A DNA stretch of 64,000 nt. Origin: Octopus sinensis. Taxonomy: Eukaryota. Within the stretch, counting starts at the first letter, position 1. Every line of letters starts with the position of its first letter. The translations under genes were made by a program, and so were the position numbers. Shown piece after piece: positions 26,701 to 39,585 of the stretch. The stretch spans positions 6,944,001 through 7,008,000 of the forward strand of contig NC_043013.1 in NCBI RefSeq assembly GCF_006345805.1. Reading direction: 5' to 3'. Under the pieces are notes generated by a model that had not been told where the DNA came from, searched no databases, and saw nothing but the letters and a program-made list of their open reading frames with translations.

Positions 26701-29700
26701 TAAGCATAGATATTAATCTGTTTCTCCTGATTAATAAATCCTTTGATTTAGCTAAGTGCGTAATGTATTAACTTTATAAACTTGGTTTTAGATCTAATTT
26801 TATTCTTGGCTAAAAAGGTTTATCGATTTACCTCACTCTGTATTCACCTCTGACGAAAACACTTGAAACTAATCTTTTGTTTATTCAACATTTTTGAAAA
26901 TATTTGTTTATTATTTCAGATAAACATGGCAGATGTATCAAAAAATGGTATAGACAATATTCTGCAGAATATTTTGTTAATGGATTCATTAAATCTCCAC
27001 AAAATTCTCCCATGTCTATGTGTCTGCTATGCAAGACTTCGTTCTCAAATTATAGTATGCGTCCCTGCAAACTAAGAAAAACATCTGGAGACTGCACATA
27101 GAGATAAGAAAGATAAAATATTAGATTTCTTCAAACGGTTGCGTGATGAGTTTCAAGCAAGAATGACAGTCGATCACATGTTCATTCAAAAAGCAGCAAA
27201 ATTAGACAATGGAATGTTGACTTCTTACAAGATAGCAAAGCTGGTAAGCCTCACATCGTTGGTGAATCTTTTACTATGCCTGCAGTGGCTGTATTGCTTC
27301 CAAGTGTCATGGATCAGAGTCCACCAGATGATACTAGTGTTATTCCTCTGAGCAACTCATTAGTACCACGACGGATTGATGAAATGGCAGCTGATATTGA
27401 AAACCATTTAGTTTCAAAACTTAGGGTAAATGACTTCTCACTTCAAATAGAAGAATCGATTCTATCTGATAATTCTGCTTTTATAACGGCATTTGTTAGG
27501 TTTGTTAATGTTAATGATATGTGTCAAGAATTGTGTCAGGAATCCATCTTCAAAAAACTTGAGGCCTATTTTGAAAAAAACAACATTCCTTTGAAGAACA
27601 TTGTGGCTTGTGCAACAGATGGCGCTGCTTCTTTGCTCGGAAGATATCAAGGATTCAGCGCTTACTTAAAAAAAGATGTTCCTAATGTGTTCATCGACAG
27701 CATATCAGAAAGCCTACCACATATCAGAAAGTTTGAACGATGCACTTATAAAAGTGATCAAAGCTGTCAACTTGATTAAATAGTACTGCAAGATCGCCTC
27801 TTTAAGTAATATGTAAAAATAATGACGAGGAATTTGAACTTGTGTTGCATACTGAAGTCTGATGGCTATCCACGGGTAATTGCCTGCATCTCTTTGTTAC
27901 ACTTTGTAACACTGTTATCCCTTTTTTGAGTGAAAGAGGACTTGGAGAGAAATTTGCTGATGCAAAGAGTGGTATGTTTTACTTGTCTGACATACTTGAA
28001 AACCTAAATGTCTTTAAAAAGAACTTCAAGGAAAAAGTCCACTCGGTTTTCTTGCAAAGAAAAAATTAATATATTCAGCGGGAGACTAAAGTTATTCTGA
28101 TTGAATCTTGGAAGACGTGAACTTGTACAGTTTCCTTTATTGGCAAGCTGCTTGATGATGACTTAACAGTTTTTGTCGATCATTTGAAGAAGTTCGCTTC
28201 TCTGATCTACTCCAAATGCCGGCGCCGCAGTGGTTTTTGTGTCCATTCGTTGTCGATCCATCTGAAATCGATATTGACATGTAAGGGAGCGTCATTGAGC
28301 TTCAAAATAACACAGCAGCTCAAGCAAAGTTCAGGTAATGAGGATACCAGAAGCTTGTGGATGAATGAAGAGATCTTTAAAAAGTACCTGTTACTTTGTT
28401 TTAAAAACGTTATGTTGCTTTTACTCGCTTTTCCCACGTCTTATTTAGTTGAGTCAAGTTTGAGTCGTGTGATGTTTCTGCTGTCAAAGACTCGAAATCG
28501 CCTTGACATAGAAAGAAGAGATGTACGCTTCTCACTGGCGGCATTGAAACCTAACATTGACACGTTGATAGCCTGCATCAGTCACAGGCATCCCATTGAA
28601 ATCAGGCAATATTAACTGAAATTGTTAGATTTTTTCCTTCGTAAATATAAATATATTTATTTAAATGAAATATTCTTTTCTTTACAAGTGGGGTGGATGT
28701 TTTGATACAAAACTGCAACTTTAAAGGTTTCTTTCTACTGCTTTAGATGAAATAAGTTGAGGGACAAATTGAGGATAAAAACTTAAATTAACATGGGGAC
28801 CATAACGATTTCGCACTGAATTAAAGGGGGCCACGGTCTGAATGTGGTTGACAAACACTGATTTATATGCATTTCATTCTTTTCTACGTTCGAATCCTAC
28901 TAAGCTCATCTTAATTTTATTCTCCCATGAGCCGATAAAATAGTACCACTCTGTCCTTGAATTGACGTAATACAATCAACCCTTGGCGAATGCATTTGAA
29001 GTTTTAGCTACAGCACTTTATATCCTGACTTCAAATCTGAACGAGGTCAGTTTAGGCTTTGATCCTTTTGCAGTTGCGAAAATGAAGTAGCGTTGAATCA
29101 CCTGTTTTGGTTTCGTCGACTAAACCCGACTCATAACATTGACGATTTAACAGAATACTAGGTTTTCCTCACAGAATACGTCCTTCTTGTCATCGTCATT
29201 GTTATTACATTTCCAAGGCGGTGAGCTGGCAGAATCGTTAGCATACCGGGCGAAATGCTCAGCGGTATTTCGTCTGCCGTTACGTTCTGAGTTCAAATTC
29301 CGCCGAGGTTGACTTTGCCTTTCATCCTTTCGGGGTCGATAAATTAAGTACCAGTAACGCACTGGGGTTGATGTAATCGACTTAATCCGTTTGTCTGTCC
29401 TTGTTTGTCTCCTCTGTGTGTAGCCCCTTGTAGGTAGTAAAGAAATAGGTATTTCGCCCGTCTTTACATTCAGAGTTCAAATTCCGTTGAGTTTGACTTT
29501 GCTCTTCATCATTTCGGGAATGATAAATTAAGTACCAGTCAAGTACTGGGTCGATGTAATCGACTTACACAATCCCCGCAAATTTCAGGGCTTGTGCCGA
29601 TAGAAGACAGGATTACTATTATATTTCTAAAAACATTCCAGTAAGCCTCATAATATCTACAGAAAAAGGTTTTTACGGATAATTACTTTTATATATGTTC

Positions 29701-29786
29701 CAGATAACATACAGAGCGTGTATAAAGCAAAATGTCTGCATCGTCGATTGGCAAGACTTAATGCTCTAATGGTTGAATAGCACGTA

Positions 29787-31051
29787 CGAGGGGCGTTCAA
29801 TAAGTAATGCCCCTGACCCACTTCCCATAGCAGTAGAGCAACGACACTTGGCACAGTTATTAGTCTTTTCCTACATAGGAACAACCCAGAGTTATGCATT
29901 TCTCCCATCGTTTGATACAGCTCTGGAGACCGTTTTTGTAGAAGACCCCAGCTTGGTCCTCCAACCACGACGTGACTTCAGAAATCAAGGCTGCATCATC
30001 TGGGAAACGCTTTCCTTTCAAAATTAACTTCATGGCTGGGAAGAGGTGAAAATCAGAGGGTGCAAGGGGAGGAGTTCATAGCTGCACGCCTGTGCTTCTG
30101 ATCTGGCGACACGCGAGTTGTGGACCGGAGCGTTGTCCTGCAGGAGGAGGATGCCTTTGCTGATCTTGCCCCGCCTCTTGATTTTGATAGCTTCTCTTAA
30201 TTTCCTCAAAAGTGAAGCATAATAGGCTCCTGTAATTGTGGTACCCTTTGCCAGGAAATCTGTCATCACTACTCCGTCCTGGTCCCAGAAGACTGTGAGC
30301 ATAACCTTGTCAGCGGAGGGCTGCACCCTTGCCTTCTTTGGAGGAGGTGAGTCACGGTGCTTTCACTGCATTAACTGGGCTTTGGTCTCTGGATCATAGT
30401 GATGGACCCAGGTTTTATCCTGTTTGATCAGTCTTTTGAAAATTTTTGATTCATCTTCTTGGCACATCTCCAAATTCATCCTCGAGCACTCAACGCGTTC
30501 TTGCTTCTGGAAAGGTGTGAGCAACCTGGAAATCCATCTGGCAGACACCTTTTGCATATGCAAATGGTCATGAATGATAGTTTCCACAGACCCGGTACTA
30601 ATCTTGACCTTATGGGCTATTTGGCGAATAGTTATGCGTTGACCTTCCAAAATGGCAGCCTCAACTTGACGGACAGATGCCTCATCAATGGCAGAAGCGG
30701 GGCGACCAGATCTGGGAGCTGTTTCCACAGAGTTCCGACCATGTTTGAATTCACGATGCCAGCGTTTTACAAGGTCATATGATGGGGCATCATCACCATA
30801 AGTTACTTTCATTTCATCAAAAGTCTCCCGTGGTGTGCGTCCTTTCAAATACAAAAACCGCATCACTGCTCGACACTCAACAGGCTCCATTTCACACTTG
30901 ACTCAGTTCAAACACCTGTAAATCAGAAACCACAATTAGTTCAGAGCTGTAATTCGCCACTTAATCTATAGATGTATAAATAAGTGCACATGCAACATTT
31001 CAGATAGATCAAACAACTGAAAGTGGGTCAGGGGCATTACTTATTGAACGC
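29787..31051 (-). mobile_element. Near full-length mariner transposon, inactivated
   Basis: 28-bp TIR match GCGTTCAATAAGTAATGCCCCTGACCCA at both ends, with TA at 29785. Transposase from 30890 has HTH, KVSARW, DKTW and QDNAPVH motifs; one in-frame stop near 30363 and a frameshift near YSPD. Confidence 0.92.
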
Positions 31052-31339
31052 AAGAAAACATTAAAAGATGAAGGGCGGAAAGAAATGAATTGTGTTGTGT
31101 GTGCGTGTGTGTATGTGTGTGTGTGTGTATATATATATATCTATATGTATGTATATATAGGCTCGAAACGTAAAAACTTGTCTTATTTCTATTCCTGAGC
31201 GCCATACTAATACATTGTTTGTTTGCACTCCACCTGCCTTCGTCTTTTGTTTATTTTCGTAAACCTTCCCGTTATATATATACTAGCAGTATAACCCGGC
31301 TTTGCCCGGAATTAAGTTAGGATTATTAAGCTAATCAAG

Positions 31340-33379
31340 TTCTACTTCGCGAGTGGTTTACTGTTCTACTTTACGCTGTGTTGTGTGTGATTTTTTTTGT
31401 TTCTTTTCGTTGAACTTTGCGTTTTTAACCCACACAATGGCTCCCACACAATGCTGCTTCTTCCGAGGCTGGTATTGAGCCTGAACGCAAACGAAGAATG
31501 ATGACGATCGCTGAGAAGGTAAAACTTCTGGATACGTTGAAGGAAGGGAGAACTTTCGCTGCCGTAGCTCGCCATTTCAGCGCGAACGAATCTACTGTTC
31601 GCTACATCAAGAAGGACAAGACTAACATTAGGAAGACGGGTGCCATCACCTTTAATAAGTCGGCGAAGAGAGTGGTTACGACTCGTAATAAAACTGTCAT
31701 CCGTATGGAAGCTGCTTTGGCCGTATGGATAGCCGACCGCCGAAAGAAGAACATAGCCTTGGATATGAACATAATCCAAACAAAGGCTAGGAGCCTGTAC
31801 GAGACTTTGACCGCTAAGGGATCTGAGGACGACAGTGGCGACCATGAAGAGGAAGAAGACGAATATGACGTAGAAGATCCGTAACCAGGGACGTCCAGTG
31901 ATTCACAACCTAAACAACGTCCTTTTTTCTGCTATCAAAGGGTGGTTTGTTAAGTTTCGGCAATGCTTCGGCCTAAAAAGCGTGGCGACGCTGCTTCTAC
32001 TGACACGAGCGCCGCTGAAACATACGTGAATGAAACTTTCAAGAAGATTATCTCCGAAGGTGGATATAAGCCCGGACAAGTTTTTAATATGGAAAAGAAT
32101 GCCGTCGCGAACGTTCAAAGAGGAAGCAAAAGCCTCTGACGTTAAAGCATACAAGGATCGTGTGACCCTCGTGATGTGTGGCAATGCTGCGGGATTTTCG
32201 TTAAAACCAGGACTTATTTACAAGTCTAAAAACCTAAGGGCTTTAAAAAACAAAAGCAAGAATCGGCTGCCCGTACATTGGATGCACAATCCAAAGGCGT
32301 GGATAACGAAGATGCTGATCTTCGACTGGTTCGACCAGTGTTTTATCCCGCAAGTCAAGATGTATCTATTAGCGAAGGGCTTGCCATTTGAAATTCTTCA
32401 CCTAATGGATAACGCTGGTGGCCACGCTACTGATCTGTCGCATGAGGGCATTCAGATTGAGTTCCTTCCGCCCAACACTATGTCACTTATTCAACCAATG
32501 AACCAGGGGGTTATCAGGGCGTTCAATGCCCTATACACGAGGAATGTCCTGGCAAACCTGGTTGCTTCTGTGGATGCCGCCCAAGAAGAAGAAGAAGAAG
32601 AAGAAGAAGAAGAAGAAGAAGAAGAAGAGAAGAAGAAGAAGAAGAAGAAGAAGAAGAAGAAGAAGAAGAAGAAGAAGAAGAAGAAGAAGAAGAAGAAGAA
32701 GAGAAGAAGAAGAAGAAGAAGAAGAAGAAGAGCAAAAACAACAACAACAACAAGAAACGGAAAAAGTTGTTGACCAAACTGGCTTGACTTTGGAACGGCT
32801 GGCCAAGCTGTGCAACCTGGCTAAAGAAATGAAAGAGGGGTCACAGGAATGGGATGACGATATGGTTCGTTTTGTGAAATTTTGCAACAAGGTCGTCAAA
32901 GTCATGAATCCCTACAAGATGCTCATTGAACGGAAAAAGAGGCAGCGGCAGCAACTTCCTATCACACTGTTTTTGCAGCCTCGCAAAAAAAGAGCCAGCT
33001 CCTGCTGCTACTACTACGGTTGCACCTTCGAAAGAAGTGAAAGAGGTGTCCTAGGAAAGGGCACTGCCGTCAGCTTCATCATCATCATTTCTACTGCGCA
33101 ACAAATTCATCACCATCATCATTCAAATTTTACTTCAACTTCCTTCGTGTTGAGTACCGTAACAATCTTTATATTTTTTTAATCTAAAGTGTTATTGCTT
33201 AACAGTTGGCCTTGTTATTAATAGACTACTGTAATGGGTGGGTTGTTAACAGTACAGGGAGGGTTTTAAAAGCCCAAATACACGTTAAATACTCTAAGTA
33301 TGGTGTCTCTACTTCACGGAAATTCAGTTATCGCGGCCGGTCTCGGAACCAATCTACCGCGATAAACGAGGGATCACTG
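31340..33379 (+). mobile_element. pogo/Tigger transposon remnant
   Basis: CENP-B-like HTH (31498-31884) and DDE region (MDNAGGH, FLPPNTMSLIQPMNQGVI). Right TIR ...CGCGATAAACGAGGGATCACTG|TA; left TIR not seen. Confidence 0.88.
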
Positions 33380-33441
33380 TATTTGAAACCAAACTAAGTA
33401 ACATCGACGTCAAATTTGGGCGAAATCCGTTGAAATTGTTT

Positions 33442-33507
<66 letters not shown>

Positions 33508-33871
33508 GCAATACACACACACACATACACCTATTGCATACATGTTTTTTGTATGCACACATGTTCATATGTGTGTGTGTTGTGTGTCTGTGTGTATTGC
33601 CCGTAGACTTTTTTCCCTCGATGGAAAAAAAACACAAGTCTTAACAAAACTTACTCGTCGCTAGAAGGGGACTTAACTCCTCTTTGCAAACAATGGTGAT
33701 TTCTCCAACTTGAAAATTGTTAAAAGTTTTGGTTGAAAATTTATTTTTACTACTATTCACTGGCGACTTTGGGTAAAATAAGTTGACGAAAACACAGCTA
33801 GGGTCATGACGAATGTCCTAAAATTGGAGCGACATGTGTGCTAATTTGTGAACGTGCATAAATTACATTCA

Positions 33872-33916
<45 letters not shown>

Positions 33917-33963
33917 CCTGCCTTTTATATATACAGATATATATATATATATATATATGATAT

Positions 33964-33996
<33 letters not shown>

Positions 33997-34123
33997 TATA
34001 TATATATATATTATATATATATATAATATATATATAATATATTATATATATATATATATATAATATATATATATATATATGTATATATAAATATATATAT
34101 ATATATATAAATAAATATATATG

Positions 34124-34165
<42 letters not shown>

Positions 34166-34212
34166 GTGAATTGAAGAAATGGAGCTGAACGCAGATTGAA
34201 CAGAAATCGTTT

Positions 34213-34305
34213 TATTTCATTCTACACGTGTTTCGAAAGGCACAAATTACCAAAATCCGATTGAATAATGGGACCATATTGTGTCTTTCTCTTCAGGAAG
34301 AAAAT
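34213..34305 (-). ncRNA. Type I hammerhead ribozyme, canonical core
   Basis: Minus strand reads AUUUUCUUC-CUGAAGA-GAAAGACACAA...UUGUGCCUUUC-GAAA-CACGUG-UA-GAAUGAAAU. Stem I is 9 bp with one mismatch, stem II has a closing G-C, stem III is palindromic (ACACGUGU), and the cleavage triplet is GUA (cut at 34223/34222). Confidence 0.75.
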
Positions 34306-34484
34306 AGGAAATCCGTTGGAAAAACAAAAACAGAACAGAGGCGGAGCAAAAACAAATCGAACTATGCTCCTAAGAGCCCTTTGCTACTAAGGTATCGGTT
34401 AAACTTTTGATTAATCTACTACAAGATTATTCATCTTTCTATTTCACATAAATTATATATAAATATATATATATATAAATATAA

Positions 34485-34527
<43 letters not shown>

Positions 34528-34683
34528 TATATATATGTAGGCCAGGTGTTATAGAGCGTAATATGAATTAATGACTAGCAGAAGAATAGGGACTTATGTA
34601 AACACTTATGTAATAGGAGTTATGTAATGGCCAATCCCCTCGCTACTATCTCTGGGCATTATGATGTTAATGAGTTTCGAGTA

Positions 34684-34805
34684 TTATTTTTTTTTTTTTT
34701 GCTTCGTTAGAAGTATTAAAATAAGAACGACAACAAGAAGACTCAAGAGGCCAACATCTGCGATTACAACTCCAAGTGTCACCTTCACGGTTGATTCCTT
34801 TGTAT
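34684..34805 (-). CDS. Paralogous transmembrane-anchor exon (catalytic exon not in window)
   Basis: Same acceptor context (ctttacAG at 34807-34806) and same phase; encodes (D)TKESTVKVTLGVVIADVGLLSLLVVVLILILLTKQKKKK*. Exon and ~150 nt of upstream intron align by eye with 2059-2330 (shared ACTCCAAGTG, CTGTAAAGATA, ATTATTCAAATATTTC). Confidence 0.7.
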
Positions 34806-35739
34806 CTGTAAAGATAATGAAAAGCAATATGATGTTTATTCGACAGATATTCAAATGGCGGATTATTCAAATATTTCGTACATTTGTTTATTTAATTACT
34901 GTCAATCAATGATGTATTTTTATGCGATACTGGAATTCGATCTCAAAAGCAGTCCACTGTTTTTCAGTTTGTTCAACAAGCTTCATTTCTTACTAATGGA
35001 ATGGAAGCACTCCGTCGGTTACGACGACGAGGGTTCCAGTTGATCCGAATCAACGGAACAGCCTGCTCGTGAAATTAACGTGTAAGTGGCTGAGCACTCC
35101 ACAGACACATGTACCCTTAACGTAGTTCTCGGGGATATTCAGCGTGACACAGAGAGTGACAAGGCCGGCCCCTTGAAATACAGGTACAACAGAAACAGGA
35201 AGTAAGAGTGAGAGAAAGTTGTGGTGAAAGAGTACAGCAGGGATCACCACCATCCCCTGCCGGAGCCTCGTGGAGCTTTAGGTGTTTTCGCTCAATAAAC
35301 ACTCACAACGCTTTCTTACTAATAAAAACAAAGCATATAAGACCAAGGAGGTCTTCTGAAGTGGTTGCTCAACAATCTAGTGATAGCAGTTAAATCTCCT
35401 ACGAATCACACCATTCCGGGATCAAAACGAACAGCGCACTGGATGAAGTTGTGCAGGATACACTATATTTGAATATACAGTGTGGTCTAGAAAGAAAATT
35501 TTCATTCCAGCCTACCACCAAAAATGTTTTTTAACGTCTTTCTTAGCTAAAAGGCCTGAATCTCAGAATCCATTTATCTCTTTTTTTTAATGTAACAACA
35601 TAATTATACTTAAGGAATTTTGTTATAAATATTGGGTGGGTGCATAATTATTACGGCTTTTTTATCAACAAATTTTAATCAGTTATGTTTCAATTTGGCC
35701 AGTAAAAAAGATTTTGCCCTCAAAACTTTATATATATAT

Positions 35740-36491
35740 ATTAGTAATATAATAAGAGTAAATAATTTCTTTAATGGTTCTTAAAAAATCCAACAATTAT
35801 TTACTGGTAGATTTCGGCATGTAAATATAACCATTAACGGTAGGAATTTCTATAAAGTTCAGTATATATATATTGTATATAAATAAAAGAGGCAGGCAAC
35901 AGGTTGCTTAGCCGCATACCGAAAAAATTAGAAATAGCAGTCATAGACTGTTTATTTCTATTTTCTACAAATGGGACTCCACATACGACATATCCCTGTA
36001 ATTCACATATGCAAAACAGAAGGAAGAAATAACGAAAACAAAGTCTAACGGTCATTTACGAACATGTTTCTAGATTAGAAATATAATGAATATATATTTC
36101 ATGTCTTTCATCAGCGTAAACCTCCACTAAAATAGATTTATCAAATGCTACGTACCTCCACTTCCTGACCAGACGACATCAAAATAGTGGAAGACAGCGA
36201 GCATAGGCTAAACCTATATAGACAATTGAATTCGTAAATTTTCCCTCCAAAACATATCCCTGAACTTTATAGAAGTTCCTACCGTTAATGGTTATATTTA
36301 CATGCCGAAATCTACCAGTAAATAATTGTTGGTTTTTTTTTAAACCATTAAAGAAATTATTTACTCTTATTATATTACTAATTGGAATTTTCACTCCCTT
36401 ACGACAACCCATAGTTTCTACCTCTAAGGAACTATTTTTGTAATGCGCATGGTAAAGTTTTGGAGGGAAAATTTACGAATTCAATTGTCTA
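35740..36491. mobile_element. Penelope-like terminal region with nested inverted repeats
   Basis: A ~135-bp arm at 35740-35872 is inverted at ~36260-36382; a second arm at ~36219-36252 is inverted at ~36457-36491. A hammerhead fold lies between the arms. Confidence 0.5.
36055..36120 (-). ncRNA. Type I hammerhead ribozyme with defective stem II closing pair
   Basis: UUUACG-CUGAUGA-A-AGA...GAAAUAUA...UAUAUUUC...UCU-A-GAAA-CAUG-UU-CGUAAA. Perfect 6-bp stem I and intact core, but an A.A mismatch at 10.1-11.1. Confidence 0.6.
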
Positions 36492-36929
36492 TTTCTTTCT
36501 CCAGGACTTTACTGCACCGGGTGGCCTCAACACTTGCTTTCGCATAGTCTGATTTGGCTTACAAGTGAAGGAGAGAAGACACATGTTAACCAACATCAGA
36601 CAAAATCAGTTTAGTGACTTTATTCAAAGTGCACGGGTAACAGGTTAGTAAGGGCACGTGCCAAAACCTTTAGATTTTTTTGCTACTGGTATTATTGTTA
36701 ACACCCAGGTCAGTCCTATGCAATCAGAATTATGGCCAAAAGTGATCCAATGTTGTTCATCTTGCCCTTTTTTTTCAGACACAATATCAAGAACTACATT
36801 ATCCAATAAGTGCACCATAAGGTGACAGAGTGTGCTTTCAGGCAGATTAAGGTGCTAATTCTAGCAGTTCTGGGCACCCTTTTTTGCTTGGTTTCTTGAT
36901 TTAATATATCTCAAGATGTATATAAATAC

Positions 36930-36966
<37 letters not shown>

Positions 36967-37004
36967 TATATATATACATGTGTGTGTGTGCATGTGTGTG
37001 TGTA

Positions 37005-37035
<31 letters not shown>

Positions 37036-37049
37036 TGTGTGTGTGTGTG

Positions 37050-37620
37050 TGTGTATGGTGCATACCAGAAGTTTTGAGACTTTTCCAGGCAAGACATTTG
37101 TTAATTTCAAAGTAGGACCCTCTGACTTCAAAAGGTAACAATAAAGTTACCTTCTCAAGTCATACCAACCCATAAAGGTCAGTTTCCCAGTTTCATAGCA
37201 TATAAATTCCCCCATCTGGACAGGAGGCAGATCCATCACAGGAATACACATTTTTGCCAGTCGAGCGAACTGGAGTAATGTGAAATGAAGGGTATTGCTC
37301 AAGAACATAATACATCACCTGGTCCAGGAACTTAAAGCACAATCTTACAATCATGAGTCCAACAGCCTAACCATTAAGCCACATGCCTCCACCCCTCTGA
37401 CTTCAGTGCACTTCTTGTAGTGCTCCAGCCACTTCATAGAAGTCCTCAAAAAGGAAGGTGTTCAGCACCCTTTTTACAACTTTCATTTTCTTAACACCTT
37501 CAAAACAACTGTCTCCAAGGTTCTTCTTCAGCTTGAGGAACATCCAAAATTCACAGGGAGCAAGGTTTAGACTGTAGGGAGGGTGAGAGAGTTTTGATGC
37601 TCATCTCTGTTTAGTAGTTG
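37050..37620 (-). mobile_element. Old mariner C-terminal fragment with SINE insertion
   Basis: Degenerate PYSPDL-like region and FWMFLKLKKNL at ~37440-37590. Confidence 0.55.
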
Positions 37621-38354
37621 GTTACCGGGACGGAATTGGGACAACCAGTGTTTAGTAGGGTGGGTTCAAAGTGCTGTAACAACTGCCAGCTTCTGTCAAA
37701 CCATCCAAACCCATGCCAGCATAGGAAATGGACAATGATGTCAACGACGCCAATGATAAAACAAAGGCACTGCATTTGAAACAAAAAATGGTAATGAAAC
37801 TGTTAAAGTCGCTCTCAGCACCATGGCCCACTTGTACAACTTTACTTCTGCCACTGAAATATTTGAACCATATCATCTTTATGCAATGTGCCTTTTTTCT
37901 TTTAAATCGTTGTCTGTTTCTTTCCCATTTTGTCTATGAATAAATGACAAGCAACCCAAGTATAAGTAAGTACTGTCTGGGAGTCCGAGAATTCATAGGG
38001 CCATTTACCCAGTTTTCATGGCATATATAAGTGACCGGGGTCACAACATTCACCCCGAAGAGGAAACCAGGCTATCACACAGTTACATATTTAAGGTTGA
38101 ATGGAGTGGAGCAACATGAAATGAAGTGGGATTTTCACTCAAGAAAATAATGCACCACCCAGTCTGAGAATTGAAACTATGGTCTTGCAATTGTGAGAGC
38201 AACACACAAACCACTAGACCATGTACATTCAACAAGCAACTCAAGGCAAAACACCATAACTTAACACACACACACACTGCTCTCACATATACATACACAC
38301 ACATACAGTTATAGATATCCATGCACATACTCATGCATGTTCACAGGTGTGAGG

Positions 38355-38394
<40 letters not shown>

Positions 38395-38615
38395 AAAAAC
38401 AGTAAGATAACAAAAGAAAGAGACCTCGATATTATGTAAATAGAGGAATTCATCTGTAAATGTAATATGTGACAATTTATCATGGCTACCGAATAATTGT
38501 CACATATTCCATTTACAGATATATATATATATATACAACATACATACGATTGTTTCACACCTGGAAACAATTTCTGTCTCTCCAAAACAACATTGCATAT
38601 GCCTCTGCCAGTGTT

Positions 38616-38687
38616 TGACTTTGGACAGCTGAAATATTTTGAACTGTAATATATTACAGTTCAAAATATTTCAGATGTCCAAAGTCA
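38616..38687. repeat. 72-bp spacer-less palindrome, one mismatch
   Basis: TGACTTTGGACAGCTGAAATATTTTGAACTGTAATA|TATTACAGTTCAAAATATTTCAGATGTCCAAAGTCA. Confidence 0.95.
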
Positions 38688-39585
38688 GTCCCAATTCAAC
38701 AGACATACAATCAAAAGCATTCCAGTCAAAACAAGCCCACATTTGTTTTTGAAAGAATAACTAGGAGGAAAATCATCCAAAACATCTGTCCATTTCTAAA
38801 GATAGCAGGATGTGATCTATGAGAGTTCTAGCCACTGTTTCTCACAGACCAGACAGCAGCATAGAGGTGCCCTCATTGTCTTTAGTGAAGATTGTTTGTT
38901 GTTTGTGAGTTATATCATTGCTGCTTCTCACACTGCATACAGGAGGTTTGTTGAAACATGGATGAATGTGGCAAGGATTGTTCAAGTGAGCAGACCGGGT
39001 CTGAACTTGTGCCTGCAAGCTGGAAAGAATGGATGGGAGGGAGGCACCTCCCATGGTTTCCTTGGTGGTCAGGGTTTCTGGGATCAACGGGGTGGGATCC
39101 CTTGGTTGCCCTAGAGCAGAGGTTCTTTTAATTACAATCGATTTTTCAAAAATCAATAGGACATTTCAATGCAAATTCTCATATGAATGTTATTTTCTGT
39201 CATAACTTTTAAAGCTTTCAACCGATTTTCTTGAAATTTTATATACAGATGGAATATGCACTAAGGATGGGTTGAGACGAATAGAATTTTACCTAGGCCA
39301 CTCAAACAAAGTGCAAGATGATTTTGGATTAACTGATTAATGAAATTTGGTCTAAATTATTAATGGGTTAAAATGTTCATCAATTATTTCAGCATTTTCA
39401 GGTTGCTGAAACGTGTATTTTCTTCAAACCTGCACTTAAAATTATCGATTCTAAACATTGCAGCATTGTGTACTAAAATATGTAATATGTATTTTCTTAA
39501 CACTTGCACTTAAAATTGTTGGTTCTAACCGTTGCAATCGATATTTGATTCTCATGATCAGTGGAACTATACCCATGAAACTATA

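Larger units (their letters stand above)
24601..28859 (+). mobile_element. Decayed hAT (Buster/Charlie-like) transposon with nested insertions
   Basis: BED-finger-like CLLC (26904-27101), RRIDEMAADI, FSLQIEES, CATDGAASL and FPTSYLVES motifs. Termini CAGGGTTCTCAAC (24600-24612) and GTTGACAAACACTG (to ~28859). Confidence 0.8.
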
